The notes under the pieces were generated by a model. It was not told where the DNA came from, ran no database searches, and was given only the letters and a program-made list of their open reading frames with translations. The position numbers and the translations under genes are program-made. From Octopus vulgaris (Eukaryota), in assembly GCA_951406725.2 (NCBI GenBank), contig OX597830.1, positions 68,076,001 to 68,140,000 of the forward strand: 64,000 bases of DNA, written 5' to 3'. Shown here in pieces: positions 50,922 through 64,000 of this stretch. Each line of letters begins with the position of its first letter. The first letter of the stretch is position 1.

Positions 50922-51785
50922 CATGAGCAAAATGCCCCGACCCTCCATTCAATGGATGGCGCTGAGTTGTCAAACATTTAAACCAAATGTTCTCAAAACA
51001 ACTTGTCCGACCGTCCCATTTTGTGGCATTATTTCAAGCCAGCCGGCTTTTTTTTGCACAAACTGCATGTGCATTTTTCTCGCGTATATGTAGTATCGAT
51101 CGCAACAGCTGATGTACTTGCACATACAAATGCACGTTCCCATGGCTTTATCGATCGCATTCTCACCTGGAATCGATTTTTGTGATATTGAGTGACAGAC
51201 ACACCATATTGAGCTCTCACTGGCAGCCGTTAGCTGCTCAAGACCAGAGCAAGATCTCACAAACTTCCGGTGGGCATACGCAATGAGACAGTAGGCCTTT
51301 CCGGAAGGACACCTATATAAGACAGCTCTTGATTGTTTTCATTCTCTGTTCCTGCACGCCTCTCATGCTAGAATCAGCTCATCTCACTAGCAGCAACCCA
51401 CTGTCTCACACATACAACATGCCAGACGATACACTGCACTAGTGATGGTTAATGAGAGCCAAACTTCGAGCCTGTAAATAAATGTTATTCAGATTTGTTA
51501 TCTCACTTTGTCTTCAACTTGATACTTTGACTGGATTTAAATTTATAATGGGAGACACAAGATACCCTACCAGTATCTTGGCTAACAATGGCCCCCCATT
51601 ATTAGTATCTCTCAAGCATATAAAAAGAGACATATGAAAATCAACACGTAAGCTTAAGAGTTATCTCCTTACTGACATCCTTAGAAGAAGTTGTCTACTA
51701 ATTACTGGGATAATTTCAGCTGATCAAAGTTTTTCAACTCACTATATACCACAACTGAAAACCAGGGACATATTTTTTGTATTAC

Positions 51786-51823
51786 CTCAATTTTATGTTT
51801 TCCTGCATCCATTTCTTTATATC
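51786..51823 (-). CDS. TRPM: TRPM-like channel, first exon recognised (DIKKWMQENIKL-R)
   Basis: tttcag acceptor and gtaat donor; 38 nt; resembles the TRPM N-terminal W-I-x-x-N/T-I-x-K-R motif; its phase 2 end joins the next exon in frame. No start codon exon identified. Confidence 0.7.
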
Positions 51824-54034
51824 CTGAAATAAAAAAAAAGATGTAATTTGAATGTTTGAAAGAATGATGGAGTTCCGTTTAACATTAATTCTATAACATG
51901 GAGTCTCAAATTTTACAACAAATTATACCTTGAAGACGTAAGTGAATACTTGTAGTGCAAAACATGAATGGAGACATGATTATCTGGTGGTGATAATCCA
52001 ATCCATATTAACAAAGACACATGATTTCTTTTAATCTTATTTATAGTTTTTAGTATGGTACACTGGAATATGAATGGATGGAATATGAATGAATGAATGA
52101 AATCATCTGGGTTGAAACAGAATTTCAACCTATTTAAATAACTGTTTAAAACTTGTAAGCTATGTCAGATTATGAAATGTATACAGTATCTCTCATATAC
52201 TTTTAAAAATGGCTAAAAAGAATGGAAAATGAGTATAGAAAACAGTTGAATGATCCTGTTATTGAATATTTTGTAGCTCCCATGAAAATAAGTTGCAACT
52301 CCAGTCTTGTTAGACCTTTTAAAACTAATATTCTAAACTTTCTTTCTATCAGGCTGCTAATATTTGGAACTGGATCTAATAATTCCATAAGATTTCTGAA
52401 TAACCTGCATAAGGTGATTCCATATGACATATTCATAATAGAATATAGCTTAAAGAAATATGGCTCATTCAAAGCCAACAAAGTCATTGTATGTTAACCC
52501 CACTTTGTCTCTGATGCATTTTATACATTGAGAGGTTTGGCTGAGAAAATGGAGGTATATAGAGAAGAGTATAACTAATTATGAGGTACTGGAAGAAATG
52601 GTGAACTGTGACACGAGAATGCAGGGTTTAACAAATAAAATTATGCAGGGTCAACAGGATTTGTGATATACAATAGAATTGACCTATGCAACAATGTGTC
52701 ACCACAGAAAAATAGATGTTTAAATGATAATGATGATGTTTAATAGTACTTATCATCTTGGTTGTTTTATACGAAGCACATGACAACAATTTTATTGGAA
52801 GAGAAATACAAAGCTATGATAACTTCTTATTTCTCTTCAAACAGAAACTGAAACTAGGACTTGAAACTGAGAATTAAAACCAGGTGACTGCCTCAGTTCA
52901 CTGGGTGTTTATCTTCCAATGTAAGAGGCTTAGTAATGTCCAACTATAAGTACATTCTTCAAAGTCTTTCTTCCTTTGTTTATGAAGCCAGTGCCATTCA
53001 ACTTCATAATTATACTCTCTGATTAGTTTTCTCTTTTTGCTTTAAATAGAAATCACAGTGGAGCTCAAAACAGTCCTCCAAATCAGTGGATCCTATGGGA
53101 TCATCCAACCCATGCCAGCAGGGAAGATAGAAGTAAAAGGATTATATTACTACATTATTATATGTTTGTGTGTGTGTGCACGTGCATATATATATATGTA
53201 TATTATGGTAAGGCTTCAACAATTCATATAGCACTCAATCAGCTAAGAAAGTAAAGAAATTATTAGTATAATAAAACCCCAACTCTTATGGAATAAAACT
53301 AATCAGGGTTTCCTGGTTGAAATATTAATTTATTTCAACACTTTTCAAGCTGGTAATAACAAGACACTTATTCAGTTGCATTCAAAGCAGTTGACAACTG
53401 AATACGAACGCTCATTTAGAAAAAGGCAGAAAGAAAGAATGCAGAGAGGAAAGCACAGGGGAGATAACCAATGTTACAACAAACATTATTCATATAACAA
53501 TTACACAGATCAAATTGGAATGGTTTATGATGTGTCCAGTGGTCTATCTTTAATTTCTGCTAAGATGCATTTTTTGAAATGCAGATGTAAAGAAGAAACA
53601 ATGTTCCTGGAATTTACATGGTCATTAGAGACCTTCAAGTTCTTTAAATGATAATTTTTGGAGGGAACATATCAAACATCTTTTTTGACTCTTAATACAT
53701 ATTTTTAATCCTATAATAAAGAGACCAAAATACGTGGCTTTTTTTACATGGTGGTAGCATCGATGCTCCCTTACATGGGGCTGGTACAGATGCATTTTTA
53801 TGTGACACTGGCATGGGTGCCTGTTATGTGATGCAGACATTAATGATTTTGAGGTAGAGCTAGCACGAATGCTTTTTATGTGGCACCAGCATCTATGGGG
53901 TTTCCAAATAATTTGCAAAACAAGAATATCTCAGCTTAGAGAGAGAGAAGTTGGATTATGATAGAAGGACAGGGATAGCAGTCTTACCACAGAGGACATA
54001 CTTGGTAACCCAATATGACAAGAAAGGGTAGTGA

Positions 54035-54071
<37 letters not shown>

Positions 54072-54885
54072 AAGATAGTAAGTGTGTGAGTGTGAGAAAT
54101 AGAGAGAGAGAAAAACAGTGTGTGTGTATGCATGTGTATGAGAGAGAGAGAGTGGGGGTTACCTATATGGAACAGTGGCAGGGAAGTGTATAAGTAGCAC
54201 AGAGGGGATAGAGTATATGTGGCATAAGAATGTGAAGGGACATTCATGGTCGTACAGGACATGCCTGTATGTATGGATGACCACGATTTTACTTTGCTTG
54301 ACATGTTTTTTTCAAGCCTAGCAAATCGTGAGAAGTCTCAGCCCTTCATCATCTACTCAGTGAGTTTATATATGGGAATATATAAGTAGATTTGTGTGTG
54401 TGAATGTATGTGTGATTCTCTCTATGTGTATGTGTGTATGTATCTGACCAATGACTACTAAAGGTCATAGTGGGAAATTCACATGTGCAGCCAACCATGC
54501 AGAACAAATGGGAAATACAGCCAAACAGAAGTCAATACCACTGAAGGTTTAGCCTGTGTCACACACTACCCTCAATAGTAGTCGGACAAACATGCTATCA
54601 GAGTTCACACCATGAGGTTCTCAGCCACAACCAAATTCAAACTACTACAAACAGAAAGAATGGCCTTGAAGTGGAAGATTTTAAACTAACAGAGATAATA
54701 CTTGTATACCGCCTGAGGAAACACAACTAGATCTCTTTATGCAAGCAAACAGTTGCATAATTAAATACTTGTATCCTTGGAGAACTATGTAGTGAATAAC
54801 AAACAAATGTCCAACAGTACTCCCTTTTCATGACTTCAATTTCTTCAATTATATATGTGTGTGTGTGTAGATATATACAGAGTGA

Positions 54886-54930
<45 letters not shown>

Positions 54931-55400
54931 AAAGAAAGAGAGAGAGAGGGAGAAGTAATGTTTATGTAATGTTTATCACTATCTGAAACAGGGGTGTTTA
55001 AAAGGTGTGACATGCAGTGTCTGATTTTGCAACAAGCATACTAGCAAGTTAAGAAAACGCATATAAGAAATGAAAGCAGATTTTACACAGAGCAGTAAAT
55101 TTTCTATATATTGTGAGAAGGGGAGAACTACTGCTATGTCTCGCAGATGAGTATCCACCACCAAGGATGACCATAAGGAGATCCAAACCATACGGCCTAG
55201 TAATCTCGGGGCTAAAATAGTAGGGAGCTATCTCCACTCTTGTAATATATATCAAGTGCAGAGTGCATTGAATAACAAGCTGGAGCTAAACTAGCAGTAT
55301 CGTCGGTTCCAAGAGAACACCCGTATTTAGGTGGCGGTAAACTCCCAGTATAAATACCGCTTTATCTCTGATAGAGATTGTCTTAACTAGCTAGTTTATT

Positions 55401-55430
<30 letters not shown>

Positions 55431-55434
<4 letters not shown>

Positions 55435-56944
55435 ATTTCCAGATGAAACGACTGGTTATACTGACACCAGTTTCTGTAAGAATCAGTCAATTACTCCTTG
55501 AGATATTTTGCAAAGAAAGAGTACAGGCTGCAATAGTTTTGTGCCAGCCTCAGTATCTCTTCCAAAATGAGAAATGTTAAGAGGACTAAGATCATCCAGG
55601 CCTTAGTAATGGTACCAATATTCATTCTCTGGCTTCCATCTTCAAAATCCTTTTAAAAACTAACAAAAGAATTGTGAATAAGTTTTAAAATGTGGGTATA
55701 GAGAGGGAGGGGAGCTAGATCAGGATGTCATAACTACAAAAGATATCATCATTTTAATCTGGACCTGAAGAGATCGGTCAGAAGAGATCCATCTCAATCC
55801 ATAAGACATTTGGCACATAAGAGTGGATTTTCGGCTACGAAATTTCCAAGAATGGTGATAAAAGACTTGAAAAGGAAGTAGTACTGAGACCTGTGAGGTA
55901 CCTTGTTACTCCGGGACAAAAGGTTAGAAGGTTGGAGAGAGTGAAGATCATGTTGAACAACGGGAAACACAACCCTAGATTGAGCTTTGCTCAAATGAGA
56001 TTTTCACCCAAGATAAGCATACAAACATGCAACAACCACGTTTTGGCTTCAGCTCCTCAGGAGAGAGAGCCAAAAGTGTCATTTTTTGGTGCAAAACGCT
56101 ACTAAGATGATGCTTTTCGCCTATGTGGCCTCTGATGGCATGAAAATGCAACTGATTATGTTTGAGAAGACTGACAGGAGTTTGTTATGTTCAGATTTTG
56201 AAAGATGTAAAAACCTGGATTCTTTCTTAATATCCTGAGACAAATCACGAGGGATACCCCAACAATTTCGCTAAGGATTTCAAGTTTACATGTCCTTGTC
56301 TATCAAGTACAGTGGCTGGAAAGTTCCTCAGGGATGAGCTTGAGAACAGGTTTGAGGATTTGAACCATCTGGACGTCAGCATCTGGGATGAACTGATAAG
56401 AAAAAGTTTGAGTGAAGATTCACAGTAACTTGCACACCTGCAAAACATCCATGGGAGGAGAGCATTGATAAGGAATTCATTAAGAGAGCTTATAGTGCAG
56501 TTCAGTAGAGTGTTGAGGAAATCATCGCCAAAAGAGGAGCAAATCTTGATGCCGAACAGGTAGGATTTCAGCTAGGCATATCTTTGGCACCTCAAAATAA
56601 ATCTTGAAGTTTCTATTCGATCTTTACTCGAATCATCTATGAGCTTTGAATACTGAGTTATGGTTAATTATTTATGAAAATGTCATTTCTATGAATCAAA
56701 TGTTTGAAACCAAAGTTTGGACAATTTTGTTGATACACCCAGGATATACACCTGGTCCATGTTGATTTGCTGAATTCTACAAGCTCTTTTCATTCTCTCT
56801 CTGTTTATTTTCTCTTATTCTCTTCTGTTGAAGAGCGTAGGCTTGAAACGTAAAAGACTTTTTATTTTTCCCGTTCTTCAAATTAATACACTTGCTTGTT
56901 TTTCATACACCTGTCATCGTCTTTATTTTTCTATAAATTTCAGC

Positions 56945-56945
<1 letters not shown>
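55431..56945 (-). mobile_element. Penelope-like RT remnant between (TA)n tracts, with an inverted hammerhead-like end at ~56820-56857
   Basis: Minus-strand frameshifted DKGHV, SNK..QYY and DDIFCSYDI..SLYP; plus-strand CTGTTGA-a-gagc gtag gctt-GAAA-cg-TA. Confidence 0.55.
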
Positions 56946-56971
<26 letters not shown>

Positions 56972-56975
<4 letters not shown>

Positions 56976-57305
56976 CCACAGCGTGGCACCTTGGGCAAGT
57001 GTCTTCTACTATAGCCTCAGGCCGACCAAAACCTTGTGAGTGGATTTGGTAGACAGAAACTGAAAGAAGCCCATCGTATATATATGTGAGTGTGTGTGTT
57101 TGTATGTCTGTTTTTGTCCCCCACAACATCGCTTGACATCCGATGCTTGTGTGTTTATGTCTCCATAACTTAGCGGTTCGGTAAAAAGCGACCGATAGAA
57201 TAAGTACTAGGCTTACAAAAAATAAGTCCTGCGGTTGATTTGCTCGACTAAATGTGGTGCTCCAGCATGACCTCAGTCAAATGACTGAAACAAGTAAAAG
57301 AATAA
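56972..57305 (+). mobile_element. tRNA-derived SINE (5'-truncated), same family as 26745-27125
   Basis: ggcaccttgggcaagtgtcttctactatagcc...gataga ataagtactaggcttaca. Confidence 0.85.
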
Positions 57306-57596
57306 AAGAAATAAAAGAATATATATGTATGTCTGTCTGCTGGAAATAACAGTCAAAACTCTTATTTAAATTGCCAAAAATTAACACTGATGATAACTTA
57401 ATTCTAATTATAATCCTTCAGCTATTTAATGCTTTTTCAGGGCTTGCAGTCGCCTATATTATTGATTCTGTTATTATCCTTTTTATAATAGTCATTCCAG
57501 ATGATAACAAAATTAATAATGTCTAAGCAAATTAATTTTCGAGAATTACATTTTTCTTCTCACGAATTGTTTGCCCTTGTATATATATATATATAT

Positions 57597-57830
57597 ATCA
57601 TCATCATCGTTTACCGTCCGTTTTCCATGCTGGCATGGGTTGGACGCTTCGACCGGGGTCTGGGAAGCCAGGAGGCTGCACCAGGCTCCAGTCTGATCTG
57701 GCAGTGTTTCTACAGCTGGATGCCCTTCCTAACACCAACCACTCTGTGAGTGTAGTGGGTGCTTTTTATGTGCCACCGGCACAGGTTCCAGGGGAGGCTG
57801 GCAACGATCGGTTGGTGCTTTTTACGTGCC
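57597..57830 (-). mobile_element. RTE LINE 3' tail
   Basis: Near match to 5728-5960. Confidence 0.8.
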
Positions 57831-58049
57831 ATATATATATAAGCATATGTATGTATGTATAGTTTAGGGCAATCAGTAAGTTGTCATAATAGGACTCAGA
57901 GTTTCAAATGCCAGAGCTAAGAGCTACGATCCATTCTCATCAGCTATGATGACAACCGACGCAATAAAAAAAACGTTTGAATATATGGAAAGTTATTCTA
58001 ATAGCTTAGCTCCAGCATTCTGAGTCCTATTATGACAAGGTTATTAGGG

Positions 58050-60695
58050 TTTTGTGATGCTCATGGCTTACTGGTCTGTAACACTAACTTCAGAAAACCA
58101 GCCAACCATTTATCAATCTGGGGGATACACCAGTCAGATTGACTACATCCTCACCAGACACAGGGATAGATATATGCTCATAAATGCAAAATCTTATCCT
58201 GGTGAAGAATGTACAACTCAGTATAAGCTAGTGGTTGGTGACTTCAGGCTTTGGGACAGAAAGATCCAGAGACACAAGCCAATATCGAAAAAAGGTTGTA
58301 GAAGCTTAAGGATCCTCCAAGAGGGCAAAAATTTAGATATGTCCTTAATGAGGCCTTTGATGAGAAAGAAGAAGCGGCAAAGACATGACACAGAGAACCA
58401 CTGGAAGTTCCTACGGAAGAGCAACAGACCAAGTTTTTGGTTGGTGACAAAGCCTCATCCAGACCAATGATGATGTGGTGTGGAATAGTGACGTTGTCAT
58501 GGCCATAAAACAGAAGAGATGGATCTAGAGAGAGTGAAAAGGAAAGGGTGGCAAAGAATCATATCAGAAAGCTAAACATCAGGTATCTAGCAAGGGTAGA
58601 AGTAGAAAAGACTAGAGACTGTAAATGTTCTGGATTGCTAGACAATGTGCCAGAAAGAATCGAGACAATGTGGGAGAGACGTGTGTATGGATGGATAATG
58701 TGAACAAGAAGGATACATGGAAAAGTTACTATGCAAGAGTTGTGAATGCGGAGAATGAATAGGATAAAGGAATCTCCCACACAGGAACCCAACAGAAGGG
58801 CCAGCTATCCTAGTCAACAGTAGTATGGTACAGAAAGCAATTAAAGGCATGTAAACTGGTCCATCCGGAATTACTGACTAGATACTCAAATTATCCGGTA
58901 AGGTAGGATATGGACTTGTCACCCGCATATTTAGTCAGGTCATTCAGGAGGGTGTAATGCACAGTGACTGGCATAGCAGCTTTATTGTTAGCTGCTACAA
59001 GGGTAAGGGTTATGCTTTTGATAGAAGCAATTATAGAGTCATCACACTCCTAGACCAGGCGAGCAAAATTACGAAGAGAATTATAGCCCTATTAATTAGG
59101 AGCTGAATTAGCCTTGACTAAATGCTGTTTGGTTTCTTCCGGGGAAGAAGCACTACCGATGTTATTTTCTTAGTCAGGCAAACTGCAAGAGAAGTACTTA
59201 GCTAAGAATAAACTAATACATTTGGCATTCGTTGATTTAGACAGAGTCTTCGATAGAATACTCTGCTGTGTAATATGGTGGGTTCTGAGGAATTGAGTGA
59301 TAGATGAGTGGCTTGGGAACGCTGCACAGGCTAAGTACAGCGATGCTATTAGTAAGGTGAGAGTTAACCACGAGTACAGTGAAGAATTGGTGTAAAGGTT
59401 GGTGTTCATCAAGGCTCATTCCTCAGTCTCCTCCTTTGCATCATTGTCCTCCATGCCATAACAAAGGAATTCAAAACCGACCACCCCTGGGAGTTGCTAT
59501 ATGCTGGTGATCTTGCCTTTATAGCAGATTCCATATCAGAGCTGGAAGAGAAATTACAAGTGTGGTAGCAAAACCTGAAAACTAAAGGATTTACGGTAAT
59601 CTTAGCAAAGACTAAGATCTTAGTAAGCGAGAAAACAGTCAGGACGCTACACACTTCAGGAAAAGTAGGAAAAGTGTAGGCAAGAACTTCATATGCTGCA
59701 CTCAGTGTAAGCAATGGACCACACATGAGGTGCAGTAGATTAAAAGGAAGTTTATTGGAGGCAGACGTGTTTGTATATAGAAGATGTACAGGATCCATAA
59801 AAATTACTGAGACTCAGGAAATTGATTCTTTCAAATGCTGTGGAGGCCCGTTAGAAGTAGTAATTTCTGATGCCTATCAGATCAAATTAGTTGTGAGGGG
59901 ATGCACAAAGTGTGTGATGGTTAGAATATGAATAGGATGGAGGACATTCAGTGAGATTTTATCTCAGTTGGCTAGGAAAGGTTTCTCTCTCCGAGTAAAA
60001 GGTAGACTGTATGGTGCGTGTACATTGAGAGTAAATACATGGTAGTGAGATGTGGGTCTTAAATGCAAAGGACATGTGAAGGTTTGAGAGGAATGAGGCA
60101 AGTATGCCCCACTGGATGTAAAATATAAGTGTACATGTTCATCAAAGTCCTAGTGTTTTGAGAGAGAAGTTAGGCATAAGAAGAATTAGATGGAGTACAC
60201 AAGACAAAGAGTGTGCTGGTTTGGTCATATGATGCAAATGGATACTGACAGCTCCATAAAGAAGTGCCGATCTCTTATAATTGATGGAACACGTGGAAGT
60301 GGGAGGACCAGGTACACATGGGACGAAGTACTGAAGAATGACCTCAGGAGATTTAAATTTTCAGACGAGATAACAATTTTCAGACAAGATGCCTGGCACC
60401 TTATTGTACTTAGGAAGACCCCACCCCTCATCAGAAGTGATAAAGTCGCTTCCCCCGAAAGAGAAAAGTGTTCTGCAAGAGCCATGTGCTGGTGCCAGGT
60501 AAACATGCTTGTGCAGTTCCACGTAAAAGCACCCATCACACTCTGTAAAGTGGTTGGTGTTAAGAAGGACATCCAGCTGTAGAAAACATGCCAAATCAGA
60601 CTGGAATCTGATGCAGTTCTCCAGCTTGCCAGCACTGATAAAACCGTTCAACTCACGCCATCATGGACAATGGACATTAAATGATGATGGTGACA

Positions 60696-60700
<5 letters not shown>
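58050..60700 (+). mobile_element. RTE LINE, long decayed copy with 3'UTR
   Basis: YQSGGYTSQIDYIL, GVHQGS.LS.LL, WELLYAGDL, WFGHMMQMD, (GAT)n tail. Confidence 0.88.
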
Positions 60701-60747
<47 letters not shown>

Positions 60748-60759
60748 TATGTGTGTGTG

Positions 60760-61052
60760 TGTAAAGATTTTTTCCGAACATAATGTGACAATCCTGATTT
60801 GGACGAATGTTACTGTTATTTAGCCACAGGAAACATGGTCTCCAGCTGGCTAACGACGCACTATTCCCTTTCAAACAAGGGAGCTTAGTGTCCTCACTCA
60901 GCTCAGAGAGCAATATCTATGTATCAATGCTTTCAGTTTTATTTCCCTTCATCAACATAGAATAACTGTTCAGCTAGAGATGGCGACACTAGTCACTTGT
61001 TTGATAGATATACTTTTCAAAGTGACATAAAATAACTGATCTCAAAAATAGA

Positions 61053-61060
<8 letters not shown>
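60760..61060 (-). mobile_element. Decayed retrozyme-like element (family C) with hammerhead at 60916-60961
   Basis: Shares the tgttactgt..tttagcc.cagg...catgg/cgtctccagctggct block with families A/B; minus strand tctatg-TTGATGA-ag...ct-GAAA-gcattga-TA-cataga. Confidence 0.65.
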
Positions 61061-61110
<50 letters not shown>

Positions 61111-61117
61111 TATATAT

Positions 61118-61166
<49 letters not shown>

Positions 61167-62169
61167 ATATATATTTATGGCTCTACTAATATGTGATATA
61201 GTAGCTGCAAATACTAAAAGCAGTATCCAACCATACTAAAAGGAAAACTACTACACTGGCCATAATATTATAATAAATAGAAGCCTACTGTAAATATATA
61301 AAATATATAACACATATATATAGATCTACCAATAAGACAGTTCTACTAATTGGAAAAATAATAGATGGCTCTTCTAGTCTGAAGAATAATAGTTTGGTGT
61401 ATCAGAATAAAAAAATAATAACTTGTACCAATGTGTGAAAATATATAAAAATATTCATAAACAAGATATACAACATTCGTTTTATATAAATTCATTGATG
61501 AAATTCTCAACAAAGTAGTCATCACAATTCATGCAAACAGATCAAGCGAAAATAAAATATAGGAATTTAAAAAGACTTACAATTTTTCGCCAAAATATAT
61601 CAAGTGATCTGCAAAATCGGCAAAAAATAGAAGAAAAATTGTTTTTGTATGAAATGGAATAAAGGAAATGTAAAAGGAACTAAAATTTAAGGAATTATAT
61701 GGCATTTGAAAAGTTATACCAAGAGAAATTGATTCAGTCAGAGATGAAGGGTGAGAGGTAAGCAAAGAATAAAGGTAAGAATTTAGAAAGAGGTAATTTC
61801 TCAAAGAAAGACAAGTAGAAATGTGATGAAAATTCCTAAGAGTGGCAGAAAAGGTGGAAGAAAACGCTATGTGACAGAGGCAAGTGACAAAGATAAGGAA
61901 TCAAACCTTAAAAAATAGATCTATTCACACACTCCCTCACACATATACATTTACAACTGTACCAATATAAAATAGGTTATTAAATAAATATATCAAATCA
62001 TATCCATGTATATTTAGCGTTTCTGTAAAATTATATCCAATGAGGGCTCAGCCATTTAGGATAAGAATCAAACTTGGCAGTTTCATAGATACTTTGCAAT
62101 TCAACTAGATTCACAGAATCCATATGGCTAATGTTCGTTTCTACTCTAGGTGCAAGGCATGAAATTGCA

Positions 62170-63450
62170 TGCTGCATTTGTTTCATCTTATGCCCAACTT
62201 TTCTCTCAATACGTTAGAACTTTGTCATATATGCACACTGATATTGCACTTTTCCCCAGTCTACGCATGTTGTCTATATTCATAGCCATTCATAGCCCAT
62301 GTCTCGCTACCATGGAGTATAGCCATTCGCACACAAGCATCATTTAATCTATTTTAACTCTGAGAAAGAGAGAGTCCTTTTCTTGCCAACAGAAGTAATA
62401 GTTCTCTGAACTTCCTCCATCCTATTCTTATTTTGAAAACAATATTTTCAGAGCATTGCTAATTTGGTCACCTAGGTAACAGAAAATATCTACAACCACA
62501 AGAGAGCCTCCTGCGCATTTGAGAGAATCCAAGTCCCATGTGCTTTTAGAGATTATTGTTCCTGCACATGTCATATACGAAGACTTTATTTGTTAATCTA
62601 CCTCTGATTCCACTACGCCTCTTATGTGTCCCTGGCTTACACTGGATGCAATGAATGGTATTACTTCCCACTCCTTTCCTACAAAGTGACCAATTTAAAT
62701 GATGGAAATAGAGTCTTATCTGCTTTCTTGTTAACAACAACTTTGCTCTTTACTAGGTTAACTTTAAGGCCTTTGATTCTAGGTTTTTCTTTCTGTACCT
62801 GAAATTTCTTCTCTAGTTCTACTATTGATTCGGCCAGAAGACCAAGATCATCAGCGTATATTAGTTTTCTTTAGCATCCAGCTTTGAATTCCTCAGTTAT
62901 GGTCTGGAGGACTATAATGAAAAAGTGTGGGCTGAGAACTGAACATTGGTGAACCCCTACTTGTATGCTAAGTTCCTCACTGTATTCATAGCCGACTTCA
63001 CCTTACTGACTGCACCACTTACATGGCTTGTGCATTTTTAACGAGTCACTGATCAATTCCTAACTTCCTTAGATACCAGCAGATAACAGAGTGGGGTATC
63101 TGTCGAAAGCTTTCTCCAGGTCAATGAAAGTTAATTTTGGCCAAATACGATTCCTGCAGCTGTTTCACTTGGAACATGGTATCTGCGGCAGGTACAAAAT
63201 AAAACTGCATCACATCTAGTCTAATTCTATACCTAATCAACTGAATTATAACCTTCTCAGCAACTTTCATGACCTGGTCTAGCAGTTTGGTACCTTTGTA
63301 GTTGTTTCTATATAAGGCATCACCTTTATCCTTGTTACAGCTAACTATAATACTACTACATCAGTCATTGAGGATGGTGTCTTACTGAATAACTCGATTA
63401 ACTATACAGGTGGTTAGGCTGTATCCTACATCACCGTACATTTTAACTAT
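62170..63450 (-). mobile_element. RTE LINE RT fragment, decayed
   Basis: Minus-strand GVHQCSVLSP, YADDL, CRKGVGSNTIHCIQCK..THKR.SGI. Confidence 0.8.
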
Positions 63451-64000
63451 GACATTCAATTACAAAATGTATGGTACGTAGTATAGCAGTCTGGAAATAT
63501 TGCAATCTCTCTCCTCCCTCTCCAGCGAACAATACAAAATGCTGGTGAGCCAACAATCTATCAAGCTACCATGTCTATGTAGTGTACAAGAACAACACTT
63601 TCAGATACTAATTTTTCACATGGAATCGGTTGGGCATGCATTCTCTGCTACAAGTTTTCAATCTCTTCCTATTCAACCTCAATACACATAGTCAACTTCA
63701 TATGCACACTAACATAAACACTCACATCTTCCCAGGACTTTACAGACAGTGCTGCCAAATTAACACAGTTCTACTTAAATTAGTAAGAAACACGGCCTCT
63801 AAATAGATTGAAAGTAAAGCAACATCTATCAACCCCACATTTTTTGCCAACAACACTGGAGAGCATTAAATACAGTCACTTATAAAACACGTACACACAC
63901 AACACACACACAAAATATTACAGTTCTTTGAACTGTGACAAAGACAAATTATTGGTTGAAATGGATATAATTATTAGATAGTCTGATACAAGAAAGATGG

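Noticed and set aside
50920-51540. Possible solo LTR (TATATAA at ~51315, AATAAA at ~51478)
   Set aside because: Could not define TG...CA ends or a target-site duplication
52203-52497. Overlapping ~90-aa ORFs on both strands
   Set aside because: No recognisable motif or splice support; probably a decayed repeat
54705-54770. CTGAGGA hammerhead-like start
   Set aside because: GAAA and helices too degenerate to support

Overview
AT-rich, repeat-dense animal DNA. The repeat landscape (RTE LINEs, Dong/R4 LINEs at (TAA)n, Penelope-like elements, tRNA-SINEs, long (TA)n tracts) suggests a coleoid cephalopod such as Octopus; that is an inference. There is an assembly gap at 7022-7121. The only host gene I can support is a minus-strand TRPM cation channel: six phase-compatible GT-AG exons at 51823-25491 encode the N-terminal MHR1-2/SLOG-like region. 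A diverged paralogous TRPM exon lies on the plus strand at 4899-4980. The most notable content is non-coding and sits in a TRPM intron. A ~360-bp tandem array at 35779-37615 carries a type I hammerhead ribozyme in each complete unit and looks like a non-LTR retrozyme (candidate circRNA), arranged as a fold-back. A second family with a U3-A8 compensated hammerhead (37657-38040) is fused 5'-to-5' to a Penelope GIY-YIG 3' end inside one (TA)n site. A third, decayed family member lies at ~60760-61060. Several more Penelope-type hammerhead motifs are scattered through the window. All structures were read by eye; TE boundaries are approximate.
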